DNA of 63,202 bases, filler included, from Folioceros fuciformis (GCA_049999805.1; 9 parts of 9 records of this genome joined end to end with filler, not necessarily neighbours in it); one strand, 5' to 3'; positions 24,383 to 37,520 are shown, numbered from the whole stretch's first letter. Program-made: numbers and translations. The notes: generated by a model from the letters alone, not told the origin.

Positions 24383-26235
24383 TAGCGTAAATAGGATCGA
24401 CAGGCTAGCATAGGAAAGAAACATAAATGAGTGAGAATTAATTAATATGTGTGAGTGTTTAGGGTTTTATGGCCGTGTCCCGTGAACCTGTACGACAGTT
24501 GACGGGTAACGATTCGTTAGGGCACGTTTCATGCCCGTTCCTATAACGTGTGTATGCTTAACCTAAATCTACGCTTAACGCCGAGAAGCGGGCTATCCTA
24601 GGGCAACCATCTCTCGTTACCCCCACTTAGACCGCATTCCCGCCGTTGTGAACTCACTTGCGCCGTAATCTCCGGCTGTCCTCACCTTTTGCACACACTC
24701 CGTCTGCAGAACGGATTGCAGCTATGCTGAGTGTTGGCGGCCTTTCTCACTTGGATGGAAGCTTCGTCCTTTTGCTCTTGCTTGCGCTGCTGGTTGGCGT
24801 CGCTCTCTAGGAACATAAACGATTTGCCGAGAGGTGTCCAGTGCCCCAGAGGACTCGCAGGTCTTCAATGTAAGACAGGAAGGAGCGGCTTCTTCAAAGG
24901 ATGAGATCACTGCATGGAGAGTTGCGGCAGCTCGGGGGGTTGCCTTCTTGTTTTGATGCAGAAGACTTCCACAAGTTGTCGCCGTGTCCGGGTCTCGCAA
25001 TGATTCTTGAGTCCGCTCAGAGTGATGCAGAGGGTAACCTGGTCTTCAGGTTCGCTCCCTTTTGGAGGTGCCCTGAAGCAGCGGCAGAGATGGCAGGCTT
25101 GTAGTTGATTTACCTGTACACGCACAAGAGTGAAGCAAGGTAGCAATTCCCTTGTGTGCCCATCTGCCCCCACTGTTTGTGACAAGGCTAACCCCACTGC
25201 GGGTGCGTGCTCGTGCTGTGCAGCTGTGCAAGTGTCAAAAGCTTGCTTAAGTGCCGAGCCCCAAACCCTTGCAGTGAGCGGTGTGACGGTCCTTTGGAAG
25301 TGGCTTCGTGAGTAAATCTGCTAAATTATGCTCTGTGGGTACGAAGACTAGATCGATTTCCCTAGAGGCTACAGTCTGCCTAATGTAGTGCTGCTTGACA
25401 GCTATGTGTCGGGTTCGTGAATGATGCACTGGATTTTTGGACAAGGCTATGGCTGACTGGTTGTCGCAGTATACAGTAGTAGCTCCGAGTTGAGGAAAAC
25501 CCACAGATGCCATGAACAGGCGGTTGTAAACAGTTTCTTGAGTAGCTGCAGTTGCAGCTGTATATTCCGCCTCTGTACTGGACAGGGCTACAACTGTCTG
25601 CTTCTTCGATGTCCAGTTGACCACACCTCCACTTAGCATGGTACAGTTGGCAGTGATGGATTGTCTGGAATCCTCATCTCCTGCCCAGTCTGAATCCGAG
25701 TAGCAGATAAGTAACGTCTAAAGTAAATTTCTGAGTAAAGGTCATAAGTAATCATGAACTTTTCTAGCATTTGCCTTACATAATGTGCTTGATGGCAGAA
25801 TATGCTTCCCTTATCAGGACTAATGCAAATTTGTATGCCTAGGAAGAAGGTGAGCTGTCCAAGATCTGTCATGGAGAACTCGGCCATGAGAATTGACCTA
25901 ACCTTCTTCATAATTCCTGGGGAGTTAGCAAAGATCAGCGCGTCATCAACGTACAAAGCTAAGATTGCAAAGTCCTGCCCATTTCTGTAGATGTACACAT
26001 TTGTGTTAGCATCACTTTGGACGAACCGTGGCTTGAGTAGATAGTCATGGATTTTCTGGTACCATACTCTCGGTGCCTGCTTCAAGCCATACAGGCTTTT
26101 CTTAAGTCTGCAAACCTTATGTGGTTCAGTTTTGCTGACGTAGCCCTTAGGTTGCGTGATATACATCTCCTCCTCGATTGTGCCATGCAGGAAGGCAGTT
26201 TTAACATCCATGTGCTGGATGTCCAGCTTGTGTTC
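24383..26235 (-). mobile_element. Ty1/Copia element (RT with internal deletion, RNase H, PPT, 237-bp 3' LTR with TA..TA ends) nested in the previous Copia
   Basis: ORFs 25633-26211 (MDVKTAFLHG, LYVDD) and 25247-25639 (KKQTVVALSSTEAEY). PPT AAGTGGGGG at 24620-24628. LTR 24383-24619 reads TAACG..CGCTA on minus. Confidence 0.88.
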
Positions 26236-26335
26236 NNNNNNNNNNNNNNNNNNNNNNNNNNNNNNNNNNNNNNNNNNNNTTAATTAATTAANNNNNNNNN
26301 NNNNNNNNNNNNNNNNNNNNNNNNNNNNNNNNNNN

Positions 26336-28364
26336 ATTTTTGTAGGTTATGACTTGGAGAGAAAAGCTTTTCGATTGTATGACAAGGGAGCGAAGCGTGT
26401 CATAATTAGTAGGGATGTGATTTTTGAGGAAAATGGAGTTGCTATCACTAAGATTCCAAATGTGTCTATTGTGAATGATGATGATGACTTTACAGTGGCC
26501 CTAGAAGAAACAACAAGGGATGATGCTTGTATTGAAGAGAACAAGGGGATTTCTGATGAAGGAGAAGTAGAGGAGCAAGCACAAAGGCAAGAAATGCCTC
26601 CACCAAAGAGGTATCCGACAAGGGAGCGACGGCCACCTAAGGATTGGAGAGAAGGACCAGAGTTTGCTTCCATTGCTATGACACACGGAAGGGAACCATT
26701 GACTGTGGCTGAAGCTCTACAAGGGAAGGATTGCGAGCACTGGAAAGAAGCCATGGATGAGGAGATGAGGTCCCTTGAAGGTAATGATACATGGATGTTG
26801 ACAACATTGCCCGCAGGAAGGAATGCCAATTGGGTGTAAGTGGGTGTTTAGAATCAAGAGAAATGCAAGTGGGAAAATTGATAGATTCAAGGCTAGGTTG
26901 GTGGTGAAGGGATACTCCCAAGAGGAGGGCATTGACTACAATGAGACATTTGCACCAGTTGCCAAGTTTGCATCCATCAGAACCTTACTTGCAGTGGGAG
27001 CAATGTATGATTTGGAGATTCATCAAATGGATGTGAAAACAGCATTTCTAAATGGGGACTTGGAGGAAGACATTTACATGGAGCAACCCCAAGGCTATGT
27101 AGTTATGGGCAAGGAGAACATGGTTTGCAAATTGAAGAAAGCTCTTTATGGATTGAAGCAGGCTCCAAGAGCTTGGTATCAAAAGATTAACTCATATCTT
27201 TTGGAGCAGGGTTTTCGGCAATGCACATCAGATGAGAGCATCTACATTTTTGAGGTCTCCCAAAGTAAGGTAATCTTAGCCATATATGTGGATGATCTTA
27301 TCTTGTTGAGTCCATCTTTAAGCAGTATTGATAAAGTGAAGGAGATGTTGTCAAAGAAGTTTGAAATGAAGGACTTAGGGAACATCAACTATTGTCTTGG
27401 AATTGAAGTGCGGAGAGATAGGGCAGCACGTATCATCAGGCTTGGTCAGCAAGGGTATGTTGAGGGATTATTGGAGCGATTTGGAATGATGGATTGCAAG
27501 CCTATTGGGACCCCTCAAGACTTAGGTGTGAAGTTGTGTAAGGTTGACTACTCATCAAATGATGGGGAGGAGCATGAGATGAGTAACATCCCATATAGGG
27601 CAGTAGTTGGAAGTTTGATGTATGCCATGGTAGGAACACGTCCAGACATTGCAAAGGCAGTGGGAGTAGTGAGCCAATTTATGCAAAGCCCTGGAAAGCA
27701 ACATTGGATTGCGGTGAAAAGGATCATGCGATACTTGAGAGGTACAAGTGATATGTGGTTGGAATTCTCGGGTGGAATCAAATGCCATAATATTATTGGG
27801 TATTGTGACTCCGATTGGGGAAGTGATCTTGATGATAGAAGATCAACTACAGGATATACTTTTATTTTAGGAGGAGGTGCCATTACCTGGAATAGTAAGA
27901 AGCAACCCACGGTGGCCATATCGACAGTTGAAGCTGAGTACATGGCATCCACACAAGCCACCAAGGAGGCCGTATGGTTGAGAAAGCTCATGGAGGAGAT
28001 TGGTTATGAACAATTGCATCCGACCACTCTTAGGAGCGATAGTCAAGGAAGTATGGCCTTGATCAAGAATCCAGTGCATCATGCAAGGACAAAGCATATT
28101 GACATTCAACATCACTTTGTACGTGAGAAGGTGAAGTTATTGGAGGTTACCTTTGAATATTGCAACAGTGAGGAAATGGCTGCAGATTTCTTAACCAAGG
28201 CAGTGAGTAAGTTCAAGTTTGAGAAATGCAGGGGACTACTTGGACTGAAGCAAACTCAAGTGCGCTGAGTGGGAGTGTTAAGCATGATTAATGTTGATAT
28301 TAATTAGTGCTAATCCAGCTTATTGAGTTTGTACTAATTAGTGGTAAGAGTGATTAAGGTTATG
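26336..28364 (+). mobile_element. pol: Ty1/Copia integrase C-terminus, RT, RNase H, PPT and start of 3' LTR
   Basis: ORFs 26354-26839 and 26823-28268 (KARLVVKGYSQ, YVDDL, YCDSDWG, KHIDIQHHFVRE) are separated by a 1-nt frameshift at ~26828. PPT TGAGTGGGAG at 28266-28275. LTR starts TGTTAAGC at 28276. Confidence 0.96.
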
Positions 28365-28464
28365 NNNNNNNNNNNNNNNNNNNNNNNNNNNNNNNNNNNN
28401 NNNNNNNNTTAATTAATTAANNNNNNNNNNNNNNNNNNNNNNNNNNNNNNNNNNNNNNNNNNNN

Positions 28465-31400
28465 AAAACATTCTTGCTGACGTTGCTCTCTTGCTCGTTG
28501 AACCCCTCGCCTCCTTCAGGTACCTAGTCGCTTCCTTGTTAGTGCGCATCAATTTGATCACCGCATTCTCTTCTTCCTCTGCCACTCCCTGCCAGATGTT
28601 TTTGATATCTTCAAAGACACCTTTCTCCTTTAGTAAGGAGGTGTTCATTCGAAAATGTTGCATGAGTCTCCTTGGGTGCTCCGACCCAGGAGCGAGCCTC
28701 AAATGCAAACTAATAGGGTGGTGGTCAGAAAGTATCGTACCAGCAAGGATACTGTACGACTCAACGAAAGCCAACCAACCTGCCGGTAAATAAAACTTGT
28801 CCAACCTGCGTGCTCCCAGATTCTGGTGTTGTTGGTTGGACCAGCTGAACATCAAGGANNNNNNNNNNNNNNNNNNNNNNNNNNNNNNNNNNNNNNNNNN
28901 NNNNNNNNNNNNNNNNNNNNNNNNNNNNNNNNNNNNNNNNNNNNNNNNNNNNNNNNNNTCCGACCCAGGAGCGAGCCTCAAATGCAAACTAATAGGGTGG
29001 TGGTCAGAAAGTATCTTACCAGCGAGGATACTGTACGACTCAACGAAAGCCAACCAACCTGCCGATAAATAAAACCTGTCCAACCTGCGCACTCCCAGAT
29101 TTTGGTGTTGTTGGTTGGACTAGCTGAACATCAAGGACTGTGGTTGGCGATGCGCAGGAAGGGCCACCCAAGGATCCTGCACCGCTAAGACTGTATCTCT
29201 CAGCTCCTGCCAAGACATAGGCACAGCCCGAACATCAACCGGACTATCGCCACAAATGTCCTCACGGCGTTCAACAAAGTTGAAGTCACTAGCCAACAAC
29301 CATAGAATCTGCACATCAAGCTGCTCACCAAGCTTGCACCAGAGAGTATTCCTGTCGATAGCAGCATTAGGCACGTAAATATTGCAAATTCCAACCGGAC
29401 CTTGAGAAGTTTGTAACACCAGCCACACAAACCTCCCATCCTCATCCTGCCCCGATTCCAGGATGTTATGAATTTGCTCAGGGTGAACTGTAATGGACAC
29501 TCCGCCACGGGTCATTGAAACTCGTTGAGAGGGGATTTGACCCCCGCTTGTCTCTCCTACTCTAGCAGCTGCCCAAACCGTTCTCCCATGAAGAAAGATT
29601 TTCTTCACTTTCTGAATATGCTCCAGTGATAGTTTATGCTCTTGCAAGCAAACCACATCTTACATGACTTCCTCTTCAAGCAAATTCTTTAGTCTTCTAC
29701 ACTTTGACGCCGTCTTCGACCACCCCCCCAGTTCCCTAACATTCTAGGAAATGATCCTCAAATGGGACCCCCTCTCATAATTTTTCAAGGTGTCAATACC
29801 CATTTAACGGGATTTGCTTGAAAGATTCCGGACAGTAGACGGCTTGGGCATCCTAGCCCCGGAGACGGGCTTAGGCCGAGTTGAATGGCTCTTGGTTTGG
29901 AGCTCAAGGGACAATCTTTGAAGCCTTTCCGATTTGCGTACAGCAGGAGCAGTCCTCCATTCTTGGCCGTCTAAGGGCCCCTCCCTCCCACCTAGTGCCG
30001 TGAATGGCTCCCAAGACCTGTCCTTCACCCAAGGTGGCTCCAGGGCCCATCTCCACTCTGGAGTAAGTGGAATATTTGGACCTCGGACTTGTTTTAACCG
30101 GATATCAGCAAAGAATTGACCTTCCTTTTAATAAATCCCACTGAAAGATGCCATAGCCTTACTATCCTTGCCTAAAGAAACCACTCCAGCAGACAAGAAG
30201 CCAAAAATCTTCTCCTGCCCTGCGTGTAGATGGTGCAGTGTGATTCTAAGGGGTAGTTCTTCTCCCCTATCTCCTATCACCACTAGAAAAGAATAAAGGT
30301 CCTGGACCTGTCTCATAACCGTTAGGTTGACCGTAAAGGTTCTGTCTTTCCTCCTTGTTGTTCCACCCACCTTTCTGAGCGCCTGACTAGTTGGTGAACC
30401 TGATACCTCCTGTCCTGAGGGAGAGTACCCATCCTGCGCCATCTCAGCCCGTACCAAGTCCTTTTCCAGGGATTTTAATGGGGAGGTGCATCCTTCATCC
30501 CCGGAGAAGACGGCCTGCACCTCATGCCAGACAGTGTCAACGTCCTCGTCGTCTTCAGCATAAGGGGTGGAGAATAAGTCATCCTCGGATGAGTATACCG
30601 CATTATCTCTTAAGGTGGGGTTAGTAAGTTTCATGGGGCTGGAGCAAACCACCTTAGGTTTTCTGAAACACACATTACCACTCCCACCCATTCCAGACTT
30701 CCATCCTATTCCAAGCCTGTGCAGCCCATGTACTGCCAATGGGGCGTTCCCCATCCCAGCAGATGCTTTCTAGAAGGATCTATTGCCACCCTGATCCCTT
30801 CCTGCACCTTACTCTTTTTCTCTTCCGGGGAGGTGATATCCAAGGCTAGGCGTTGAACAACCTTGTTCAATGCCTTCCTTGCCTTGACCACAGCTATCTA
30901 GTCTTGACATTGATTACCTAATACCAAAACGTCCGAGACACGAGACCTCTTCCCCACACCCATCTCCATGCTCCACCGTGCTCCTGTAGCAAATACAAAT
31001 GTTGAAACCATTGTCCAGGCAACGGGCCTGGAAGCCGTTTCTGTGCCTGGCCCTGTGATTCCAACCGGGCCGGGGTAACCCCCAAGCCCGAGAGATTGAG
31101 TACCCGGAACCGGTACGTTGTGGAATGCCAGGTTCCCCCTTGTAGAAGGGAGCAATGGAGGCCCATGAGGCTCCTAGAGAAAATCCTTTCCCATTTCCTC
31201 CCCAACAACTTGAGCGGAAAAAACAGGGCCAATCCCCTTGATCAGGCTTGCTGGAGCCGTCCTATCGCCCACCACCTAAGCAATCGATAATTGCTTATTG
31301 ACAAAGTCTTCCTCCAGACGATCTCTTTTAGCTGCCCCACGCCCGGAAGGAGAATGTTCCTTCTTAGCAGCTACAGGCGTGGAAGCAGCCATATTTGGCT

Positions 31401-32877
31401 TCCCATCCTGTGTTCGCCCTGCCTGGAGGACTCCAACATTAGGGGCCACCTGCACTCCCAGCTCCTCCTGCCCAACCCAGCCACAATTCGAGTCGCACTC
31501 CACCCCCCTCTCGCCATCCTCCCTAGCAGCAGTGACTGATTCAAAACATGCCAGAGCGTTCACGTGATGAGAGTTGCCGGGCAGTGAGCACTCCGCCTCC
31601 CGAGACCGATCTACGTCAAGGGGAGTGGGAAAATCGTCCTGCTTGTTCGTCTGTAAAGAATTCACATCCGCCTCCTAGCCTTGAGGTCCGTCTGCCCGAT
31701 GGATCCCCACCGCAATGACTTTGCTCTCCACAGGCCTCTCCGTCTTCCCCTTCATCGCAGTGAACGGTTTACGCATCACCTCTCCACACCTCGAAGTATC
31801 GGTCACCGGGGAAGTCCTACAGTCGTGAAGTCGCATGTTGGATCTGTCCGATGACCTGGGGGAAAGGGGTTCTTGCCACACACCTAAAACACTCGCCAAT
31901 CTGTGCCTCCCAACCTCAATGCCAGGATCCCTGACATAAAGCACCACCGGCTCTTCCTCAACCTCCCCACCAGGCTGCAGGATTGGGAGAACAAAGCCCG
32001 TTTCCAGGAGACCATGGTGGTGAGGATTCGTGGCCAGGGTCTATGCCAAGGACTCCTCATAAGATGAGAGCTCCGCCCCGTTCCCCACATCCTGTGTCAC
32101 CCTATAACGACTTGCTTGAGCCAATCTTCCCTTTGCAACTGGATCACCTTGATCACCTGTATCCTGCTTGTCCGTCTCCTCTGAACCCCCCCTTAACAGA
32201 TCTGTCAGGATTGCCATTTGACAATCCATAGTCGCCTCTCGGAGACTATCTCCACAGGGACCTTCTGGTAAGAAACGAGTCCCCGAGTGGCCGAGGTTGC
32301 TACAAGACTTTAGGACGTCCTCCACCCATTCCCATCCTGCACCCGTGGCCAAGTCGGCACCGTTCGTTTGAGCCATGATGGAAAGCATAGACGGGTCTGC
32401 TTGCGTCGGCACCAGGCTCCCCCCGACAGCCAGGATCTAGTCTAGGGAATTTTCCTGAGACAGACTTCCCAACCTGTTCCCCAATCCCAATGACACCCTA
32501 CTGCCTCGTGTTTGCACCTCCCGACCCTTTGCAACTGGATCAATCCGAACAGCGACTTCTTCTTGCCTACCCGTCTCCTCCGGATCCACCTTTAACAAGT
32601 CCGCCGGCTTCTCCACTCCACTAGTTTGATCCGAAATCACCTCCCCAGGGCCTGGGCCGGGAACTGTCTTCCGACAGGCAGCAGACGCTCCAGAAACCGG
32701 ACTCTCCTCTCCATCCTGAACACATTCAGCTTGAGAGTTTCCGTCGCGGATGGCAGACCACACTCTCGTCTTAATCCGATATGGCTGTCGACTGTCTAGC
32801 TCCTCACCCGGGTGTCTCACCAAGGCAACCCGATCCTCGGCAACAGCCCCTAAGAGCTCGTGCTCACCCAGCATATG
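28465..32877 (-). mobile_element. L1-clade LINE: ORF1 C-terminal region plus ORF2 APE endonuclease, degenerate
   Basis: Motifs VCLQEHKL, ICNIYVPN, LASDFN, RRLDRFY, SDHHPI, FRMN. The ORF1 tail is homologous to 39900-42540. TAA-ATG junction at 29801-29806. Confidence 0.9.
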
Positions 32878-35800
32878 TGTGGACTCCACATGCTGAATAG
32901 ACCCCTGGGAAAGGATAGGTTTTCTTTTTTTTGGATTTGTGAGGGAGTGTTGTAGAGGAAAGGTGGGGAGATTAGGTTAGAATAGTAGCTAAATTGATGG
33001 TGAGTCGATAGGGTAGGTAGGTTGTGTGGTGAATAGGACGTGGGCTCTGGTTCCTGGGGTAAGGTGATGGAGGAATAGTAAACCCTAGGACGTCATGGAA
33101 GGCGAGCGGGGCTCTCTCTGGTCGATGCTGGTGGAAGCGGAAGACGGGGATAGCGGTGCCTGGGACCGAGGGCCCGAGAGCAGGCGGTCATGCAAGGAGG
33201 GCCTAAGGTTGTGGGAGCATCAGGTTCGGGGAAAGTTAGCCAGCCAGATGGCCGGGTAGGGGGAGTGTTGCCTCAGGGTCAGTAGGTTGGAGGGTAGCCG
33301 GGTGAGTAATGGACCGGCTGTTCGCCTAGCCACACGAGTCGGCTAACTTGGCCTGGGCGAGGCCAGGCAGCCGGCTGGCCGAGGGAGGAGTAGGCAGCAG
33401 CCATGTAGGTGACCTGGCTGCTGGCAGGCCGCATGGCCAGACCCAGGCCGGGGTCCGGGCCGGAGCTGCGAGGCAATCAGCCGAGTAGGCCGCCGGAGCG
33501 CTAGAGGGGGCAAGGTAGGCAGCTAGGCGGGGTTGTTGGAACCCAACCAGCTAGAGGAGGGCCGGGCCAGCAGCGGCCCGGCTACGGAGAGGAGGGGTTG
33601 CAGAGGAGCGCTTGCAAGGGCTGGGCCAGCAGCACGGACATCCGGCTACGGGGAGGTAGCCTAGCATGGCTGCAGGCAGGCAACCCGGTAGCAGGCGGGT
33701 GGGTGACCTAGCAAGCACGGCGTCGGGATCCAGGCGGCCATGGCTGGCTGGCCAGGATCACGAGGGGGCTGGCTAGGGGCTACAGCAAGCGGCCTCGTGG
33801 GCGGGATGCCTGGCCAGATCTAGAGAGCAAGCAGGCGCCCCAGCGGCGCGGACAGCCTGTGGCCGGACCCAGGCAAATACTCGCCGGATCGCCAGACAGC
33901 CCAGCCCGGCCAACAGCAGGAGCAGGCTGGCTGGCTGAGGGGAATCCTGGCCGGGGAGGATCTGCAGGCTGATAGAAGGAACCGGCAGGCCGGACAGGGC
34001 CAGATCCCGAAGCTAGGCAGGCTGGCCGGACTGGCTAGGGCTAGTCCAGCCCAACACAGGCAGGCCGAGCAGGTGGGCGGCCTGAGCAAATTGGCCAGGA
34101 GGACGGTGTGTGGCCTGGCTGGTAGGCAGATCCAGTCGGGCAGCCAGGTAGCCGCCTGGCCGGGGAAGGCAGCCAAGCCTTAGTAGGCCTGGTGGGTTTG
34201 GTTTTAGCCAGACAAGGGCCGGCCTGGCTACAACTAGACTGGCAAGGCTAGACAGCCTGAGACAGTTCTGGATCGAAGCCATACGAGCCTTGGGCTAATC
34301 TAGGCCGTGCTGGCCAGCAAGGGAGGCTCAGGCTGGCCGCAGGCTAGTAGGAAAGCTGGCTGTCGGGGCGGCTGACCGCAGCTGCTGGCTGGTGGCGGGC
34401 TGGATGCGACCTTACAGGCCGAATCCAGCAAGCCGACTCGCTAGGTGGATCCAGGGAGGCAACCTACTGACTGGTGTACGGGCTGAGGCAAATCCAGGCA
34501 ACGGCTTGGCCAGCTCTCAGGCAGCAGCAGGCATTGGCAGCTGGGGTCGGGTCCTGAAGCTAGTCAAGTAGCTGAGATCTCGTGAAGTGATCAGTCGGGT
34601 TGGTTGTAGCAGCTCGGAGTCGGAACTAGGCCAAGTGGGCATCGGATCTAGCCAAGAGCGAGCCAGGGAAGTTGGTGGCTGGTGAAACGACTAGCCACGG
34701 CTGGAGCCAGGCAGCGTTCTGGCTGATCGGCTAGCTGGGGCCACTACAAGGGGTGCGGCCGAGCTGCAGGCGATCCGGGTTTGGTAGACGGGCTAGCCGG
34801 GGGGGCTGGTGGATCGGTGTCGCCAACAGACAGGTAGCCTGGTAGGGATGGAAATCAGAATGGGTAGGCGGGCCTCGGGCTGTTACACGCCGTGCTGCTG
34901 GCAGGTAAGGTTGGCAGGTGGAGCGCTGGCCAGGCAGTCGCCTGCCGACTAAAGGGGCAGATCGGGACGCAGCGAGTTGGCTGCCCGATTCGGTAGCCAG
35001 GCTGGCGGCCCGACTAGTCGGCTAGCCGTGTTGGCAGTGGCTGGAGGCAGGCGATGGCATCGGATCCAGGCCATGCAAGCGGCGTTGGATCCGCAGGTGT
35101 AGCAGGCCAAGGTAGGATCCAACCTCGGGTCCTAGTTGGGCCTAGCAGGCCGGCTGGCTGTAGGGAAAAGGCTGGCAGGCCGATCCCGCCAGGCAGCAAG
35201 CGGGCAGGCAGCCTGGCCCATCAGCATGGCAAGTGGGCGCCTAATTGGATTGGCAAGACGAGTAGCAGGGGGGCCGGCTTAGCAGCGACCAGCTGCTGAG
35301 CAACAGCTAGGCGGTCAGGGGCCGATCGGGGTGCGGATCCACTGGCTGGGGCGACCTGGTAGCTAGGGGCCTCTGGCCAGCTGGTTGGGCAAGCGAGACA
35401 AGTGGATCTGAGGGGGGTTGGGCTAGTGGCATGGCTAGCTGTCTTAGCCAGGCGAATGGCCGGCCACGAGCAACCGAGATGAGCCGTGATGGCTGGCCGA
35501 ACAAGGGGGTTGCTGGCTGGAGATGGTGGTGAGGAGTCTTGTTAACAACCCAGCCCGCTCCAATTGCAAGCGGGCAGTAGGCGGCCTACGGGCTGGCCGC
35601 CTAGCCAGATCCAGGCAAAGGCAGGCTAGCCAGTCGAGTCTGGTCGGCTGGCCAGCTAGCTGAATCAGGAAAATAGCAGGTGACTCGGTAACCAAGCGAG
35701 CTGACTAGATCTAGTCCTGATCAGCCAGAGACCGAGCAGTTGGGATAGTCGCAGTTTGGCTGGAAGCAGAGCTAGGAGAGTCACGGCGTGCTAGCCGAAT

Positions 35801-37420
35801 CCAAGCAGTGGCTGAGGACAAGCGGTTGAATCCGAGAGCACCCAGACACGGACGGACTTGCACTTAGTGCACTGCAAACCAAGGAGAGCGGTTTGTTCCA
35901 AATCCCGGTCAAACCAGGTGCAATGCAAATCAACTGACCCCATCGGCGGTTCTGTATGGTCGTCCCTTCGGGCTGGACAAAATGGTCTCGACCGGATCTA
36001 GTAGCCGAAGACTGGCCAGATGGCTGCTTGGGCAGCCAGTAGGCCTAACAGCCGAGTAGGCGACTTCCCCCTGTAACAGCCGAGTAGGCGTCTTCCCCCT
36101 GTAACAGCCGAGTAGGCGGCTGCCCAGGGGGAAGACAGGGGAGTGTCCCGGGGGACACTCTAAGGATGACAGCCTGACACTAAAACACTAGTGGTAGGCT
36201 ACTGCCAGGCTATCTTAGGGCGTGGGGATGGCGTTGGGGGGGGTGTGGACCGCCCCACTCGAGCATCGAAGGCAAGGGTAGTTCATCCCCTGTACCATGG
36301 CAGCCAGTGACCGTAATTAGCATACGGCTTGCCATCCGCGGTTAGTGGGTTGGAACTGACTCGCTACAACAGGCGGATGGCCGGATGCTAATTGCGGCGA
36401 TGGGCGATGATGGATGGTGTGTGCCATGCTAGGACGCAACGCCCTGGGGTTATCCGCTCAAGGGCATCAGTCCAGCAGACCAGTCAAGCAGCTTGGAGGG
36501 TGGTCCGCTAAGGACATAAGTGACACTTGGCTTTCCATCCATGAGTAGCAACCCTAGTTGCTTGTAGGCCGAAGGCCTAGCCTAGGTGTGCTACTCGTGG
36601 TGGGAAGCGCAGCGGTGGTTATGTTGGTAGGATGGCGGATTCCTTATTCAGGAGCGCTTGGTGGGCAGGTTGCAGGGCCAGGAGTCTTGGTCGGCCGTGG
36701 CCAGCAGGATGGAGGGAAGGACCTAAAGATGGGAGACTTTGGAGAAGAAGGCAGGATAATCAGAGGGAGATGATTTGACCCGGGACGGGAGAGGGATGTT
36801 GAGAGGCACCCCTGATCTTTGCTAGATGTGACGGGCTGATAATTGTGGGCAGCTAACAGTGTCAAGGGGCAATGGGCAATTAGAAGTAGGTGTAGATTAG
36901 AGTTAGGATTCTAGGTTAGGTTAGGTTTAGGTCAGACCTAGGTCAGGTTAGGCTTAGATCAGACCTAGGTCAGGATAGGTTAGGTCGAGGTTAGGTTAGG
37001 CTTAGGTCAGACCTAGGTCATGATAGGTTAGGTTTAGGTCAGACCTAGGTTAGGTTAGGTCTGGGTTAGACTTAGGCTAGGTCTAGGTTAGGTTTGGGTT
37101 AGGTTTGGGTTAGGTTTGGGTTAGGTTTGGGTTAGGTTTAGGTCAGAACTTGGTTAGGTCAGAGAGAGGAGGTAGGGTAATTGATTTAGGTTAACCCTAG
37201 TAGACAGAGATAGGGGGTAGGCGGATAAGAGGGGAGACCTGCCATTGAGAGGGGGTGGTCTATGGTGTGAGGTCCCCGGATTTTGTGGGTAGAACTCCTA
37301 GCTTAGGGTGCTAAGCCGGTTGAGGTCGACCCAAAGTCCTGATTCCCCTTGCCACTAGGGGAACGTGGGGATCCTGGGGCTGTCAAGATCCGTGTGGCCG
37401 GATCCGCAAGGGCTACATGA
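32878..37420 (+). mobile_element. Giant GC-rich Gypsy-type LTR (5' ~4.5 kb), truncated by the contig end
   Basis: Starts TGTGGACTCCACATGCTGA, homologous to the PPT-adjacent LTR start at 18784 and to 57620. 35370-37420 is an inverted homolog of 48585-50860. Confidence 0.75.
36895..37160 (+). repeat. Telomere-like (TTAGG / TTTGGG / GTCAGACCTAG) array inside the giant LTR
   Basis: GGTTAGGTTAGGTTTAGGTCAGACCTAGG units. An inverted, longer copy lies at 48850-49215. Confidence 0.9.
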
Positions 37421-37520
37421 NNNNNNNNNNNNNNNNNNNNNNNNNNNNNNNNNNNNNNNNNNNNTTAATTAATTAANNNNNNNNNNNNNNNNNNNNNNNN
37501 NNNNNNNNNNNNNNNNNNNN

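Noticed and set aside
28679-29138. Tandem duplication within the LINE endonuclease
   Set aside because: The two ~180-bp copies flank a 100-N gap, so this is most likely overlapping contig ends or two paralogs/haplotypes.
33279-35695. Short Ala/Gly/Pro/Arg-rich ORFs in the GC-rich region
   Set aside because: These are composition-driven frames within a non-coding LTR, with no motifs.
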